Positions 60,054-64,000 of a DNA stretch of 64,000 bases are shown here, piece by piece. Each line of letters begins with the position of its first letter. Position 1 is the stretch's first letter. Under the pieces are notes generated by a model. That model saw only the letters and a list, made by a program, of their open reading frames with translations, had not been told where the DNA came from and ran no database searches. This stretch comes from Eledone cirrhosa (lineage: Eukaryota), in assembly GCA_964016885.1 (NCBI GenBank), contig OZ024757.1:17794001-17858000 (forward strand), written 5' to 3'. Position numbers and translations under genes: made by a program.

Positions 60054-60985
60054 TGGTTTCTTTATTGACCACAAGGGCTAATATGAAAAAAAAACATTAC
60101 CGACGGCACAGAACGATACAAAGTGGGTTTGGCCATGTAAAAAAGGTTATAACAAGATAGAAATATCAAAAAAATTCAAACAACCGGACCAGATTCGCCA
60201 CTTTCACCCACCTTTCAACAAACTTACTAGAAGACAGCACTTGCCTCTCCACCCTGATTTTCCCCTTCAAGTGAAATTTGAAAAAGTTAATAAGTGTCCG
60301 TCTTCAACCCTTTCAACCTTGTCCACCACACAATCTCTTTCACCATGGCCACCTATTTCACCATGGCCACCAATTGTCCCCTATATGTCGGCCCTTGTGG
60401 CCAATAAATGAAACCATTATTAAAGAGGAGGAAGGGCAGGCAGTTTTCATCTGCCTGCCCTTCCTCCTCTTTAATAATGGTTTCATTTATTGGCCACAAG
60501 GGCCGACATATAGGGGACAATTCAATAGACAGGGACAGTGTGGGTTTTACACAAAAATCGAGTAAAAAATAGGAAAACAAGAAAAATAAACAAGAAAAAA
60601 AAAAACAATGAAAATTCTTCAATAGGAAGGATAACTACCCAAGGTTGATTCAGGTACCCCACCAATCCCGAACCACCCGACGATTCGAGGGTACCCGGGA
60701 AAGGCACCCTCTCCTCCTCAAATTCACCAGCCTACAGGTGCATGATCAGAGTAGGCCCACTCACACGGGCCATTCTCGCCACATTCACCCACCTTTCAGC
60801 AAATGTACTGGGGAGGCAGCACTTCTCTCTCCACCCTCAGCTCCCTTTCCAAGTGAAATTTGAAAAAAAGTTGATGAGGGATTGGCCGAGAGAAAAGTGT
60901 CTGTCTTCAGTCCTTTCATCCTGGTCCACCATACAACCTCTTTCGCTACTGCCACGAGACAGAGGAAAATTGCCTTCCTGAGCAT
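60054..60985 (-). mobile_element. Cluster of 5'-truncated Tx1 3' ends (60054-60365 and 60478-60985) with a fold-back between them
   Basis: ORF2 tails (WWTR.KGLKT, RWVNVARMARV) and the conserved terminal motif followed by ATT repeats. Confidence 0.85.
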
Positions 60986-61019
60986 AAGCCAGGGTCAGTG
61001 AAAGAAAACCATCAGTTGA

Positions 61020-61375
61020 AAGTACTGTGATATTTCAGGATAAAACAGATAAAGAATTAGAACAGCATAGCTCTGACCTGGATTATAGATGTAGCTTACC
61101 TCTTTGACACAAATGTGCAAGAAAAGGAGAAGGTGAAAATTAATCGGTACCAGGATCTAAATAGGGAACTGAAAAGGATTTAGGACTGTCATGAGATCAA
61201 GGTTGTCCTGATTGTCATAGGAGCACTAGGCATTCTCTCGAAGAGTTTCCAAGGTTAACGAACATCAGGCCAGGTCCAGTTTTTGGAATACTTCAAAAGG
61301 CATGTCTACTGGGAACAGCAATGACCCTCCGGTACGTTCTGAATATCTGAGGCTGCAGGTAGCAGCTTGATGTCG
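61020..61375 (+). mobile_element. R4/Dong-like (restriction-like endonuclease) LINE C-terminal fragment
   Basis: IIDVA..DTNVQEKEKVKINRYQDL.REL..IVIGALG..LQKACLLGTA. Confidence 0.7.
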
Positions 61376-61436
61376 ATTTGGGCAAGTTTTCCGTTTAAGT
61401 AACAACAATGACTAATTTAAAGATTTAAATAGATTA

Positions 61437-64000
61437 AATAGGTGTGTTGAGAATTAAATAGAGATTGCTAAAATTGTAATGATAGGTGTGTTGAGAATTA
61501 AATAGAGATTGCTAAAATTGTAATGATAGGTGTGTTGAGAATTAAATAGAGATTGCTAAAATTGTAATGATAGGTGTGTTGAGAATTAAATAGAGATTGC
61601 TAAAATTGTAATGATAGGTGTGTTGAGAATTCAATAGAAATTGCTAAAATTGTAATGATAGGTGTGTTGAGAATTAAATAGAGATTGCTAAAATTGTAAT
61701 GATAGGTGTGTTGAGAATTAAATAGAGATTGCTAAAATTGTAATGATAGGTGTGTTGAGAATTAAATAGAGATTGCTAAAATTGTAATGATAAGTGTGTT
61801 GAGAATTAAATAGAGATTGCTAAAATTGTAATGATAGGTGTGTTGAGAATTAAATAGAGATTGCTAAAATTGTAATGATAGGTGTGTTGAGAATTAAATA
61901 GAGATTGCTAAAATTGTAATGATAGGTGTGTTGAGAATTAAATAGAGATTGCTAAAATTGTAATGATAGGTGTGTTGAGAATTAAATAGAGATTGCTAAA
62001 ATTGTAATGATAGGTGTGTTGAGAATTAAATAGAGATTGCTAAAATTGTAATGATAGGTGTGGTGAGAATTAAATAGAGATTGCTAAAATTGTAATGATA
62101 GGTGTGTTGAGAATTAAATAGAGATTGCTAAAATTGTAATGATAAGTGTGTTGAGAATTAAATAGAGATTGATAAAATTGTAATGATAGGTGTGTTGAGA
62201 ATTAAATAGAGATTGCTAAAATTGTAATGATAGGTGTGTTGAGAATTAAATAGAGATTGCTAAAATTGTAATGATAGGTGTGTTGAGAATTAAATAGAGA
62301 TTGCTAAAATTGTAATGATAGGTGTGTTGAGAATTAAATAGAGATTGCTAAAATTGTAATGATAGGTGTGTTGAGAATTAAATAGAGATTGCTAAAATTG
62401 TAATGATAGGTGTGTTGAGAATTAAATAGAGATTGCTAAAATTGTAATGATAGGTGTGTTGAGAATTAAATAGAGATTGCTAAAATTGTAATGATAGGTG
62501 TGTTGAGAATTAAATAGAAATTGCTAAAATCGTAATGATAGGTGTGTTGAGAATTAAATAGAGATTGCTAAAATTGTAATGATAGGTGTGTTGAGAATTA
62601 AATAGAGATTGCTAAAATTGTAATGATAGGTGTGTTGAGAATTAAATAGAGATTGCTAAAATTGTAATGATAGGTGTGTTGAGAATTAAATAGAGATTGC
62701 TAAAATTGTAATGATAGGTGTGTTGAGAATTAAATAGAGATTGCTAAAATTGTAATGATAGGTGTGTTGAGAATTAAATAGAGATTGCTAAAATTGTAAT
62801 GATAGGTGTGTTGAGAATTAAATAGAGATTGCTAAAATTGTAATGATAGGTGTGTTGAGAATTAAATAAAGATTGCTAAAATTGTAATGATAGGTGTGTT
62901 GAGAATTAAATAGAAATTGCTAAAATCGTAATGATAGGTGTGTTGAGAATTAAATAGAGATTGCTAAAATTGTAATGATAGGTGTGTTGAGAATTAAATA
63001 GAGATTGCTAAAATTGTAATGATAGGTGTGTTGAGAATTAAATAGAGATTGCTAAAATTGTAATGATAGGTGTGTTGAGAATTAAATAGAGATTGCTAAC
63101 ATTGTAATGATAGGTGTGTTGAGAATTAAATAGAGATTGCTAAAATTGTAATGATAAGTGTGGTGAGAATTAAATAGAGATTGCTAAAATTGTAATGATA
63201 GGTGTGTTGAGAATTAAATAGAGATTGCTAAAATTGTAATGATAAGTGTGGTGAGAATTAAATAGAGATTGCTAAAATTGTAATGATAGGTGTGTTGAAA
63301 ATTAAATAGAGATTGCTAAAATTGTAATGATAGGTATGGTGAGAATTAAATAGAGATTGCTAAAATTGTAATGATAGGTGTGGTGAGAATTAAATAGAGA
63401 TTGCTAAAATTGTAATGATAAGTGTGGTGAGAATTAAATAGAGATTGCTAAAATCGTAATGATAGGTGTGTTGAGAATTAAATAGAGATTGCTAAAATCG
63501 TAATGATAGGTGTGTTGAGAATTAAATAGAGATTGCTAAAATTGTAATGATAGGTGTGTTGAGAATTAAATAGAGATTGCTAAAATTGTAATGATAGGTG
63601 TGTTGAGAATTATATAGAGATTGCTAAAATTGTAATGATAGGTGTGTTGAGAATTAAATAGAGATTGCTAAAATTGTAATGATAGGTGTGTTGAGAATTA
63701 AATAGAGATTGCTAAAATTGTAATGATAGGTGTGTTGAGAATTAAATAGAGATTGCTAAAATTGTAATGATAGGTGTGTTGAGAATTAAATAGAGATTGC
63801 TAAAATTGTAATGATAGGTGTGTTGAGAATTAAATAGAGATTGCTAAAATTGTAATGATAGGTGTGTTGAGAATTAAATAGAGATTGCTAACATTGTAAT
63901 GATAGGTGTGTTGAGAATTAAATAGAGATTGGTAAAATTGTAATGATAGGTGTGTTGAGAATTAAATAGAGATTGCTAAAATTGTAATGATAGGTGTGTT
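61437..64000. repeat. 44-bp AT-rich satellite, at least 58 highly homogeneous copies, runs off the window
   Basis: Unit ATAGGTGTGTTGAGAATTAAATAGAGATTGCTAAAATTGTAATG. Confidence 0.97.

Overview
This is repeat-saturated animal genomic DNA. The SINE/LINE repertoire looks like octopus or another cephalopod (inference). One host gene is visible: six GT-AG coding exons of an SDR-family BDH2 (3-hydroxybutyrate dehydrogenase type 2) gene on the minus strand (26438 to 7253), with the remaining exons beyond the left edge. The rest is mobile or repetitive DNA. It includes several L1/Tx1-clade non-LTR retrotransposon families sitting in microsatellites (one with both ORFs intact, plus a head-to-tail array spaced by (ATT)n), RTE LINEs carrying a PHD-like zinc finger, and CRE-, R4/Dong-, Penelope-, Tc1-, hAT- and Helitron-type remnants. 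There are also many tRNA-derived SINEs and large minisatellites, three of them amplified SINE segments. The 1950/1957-aa ORFs are artefacts of a 45-bp repeat. The most interesting observation: in all four Tx1 copies that retain the ORF1-ORF2 junction, ORF1 ends at a GTAAGT splice donor conserved independently of reading frame, and ORF2 ends at a 3'-splice-site-like AG|G. This suggests the whole of ORF2 is a facultative intron.
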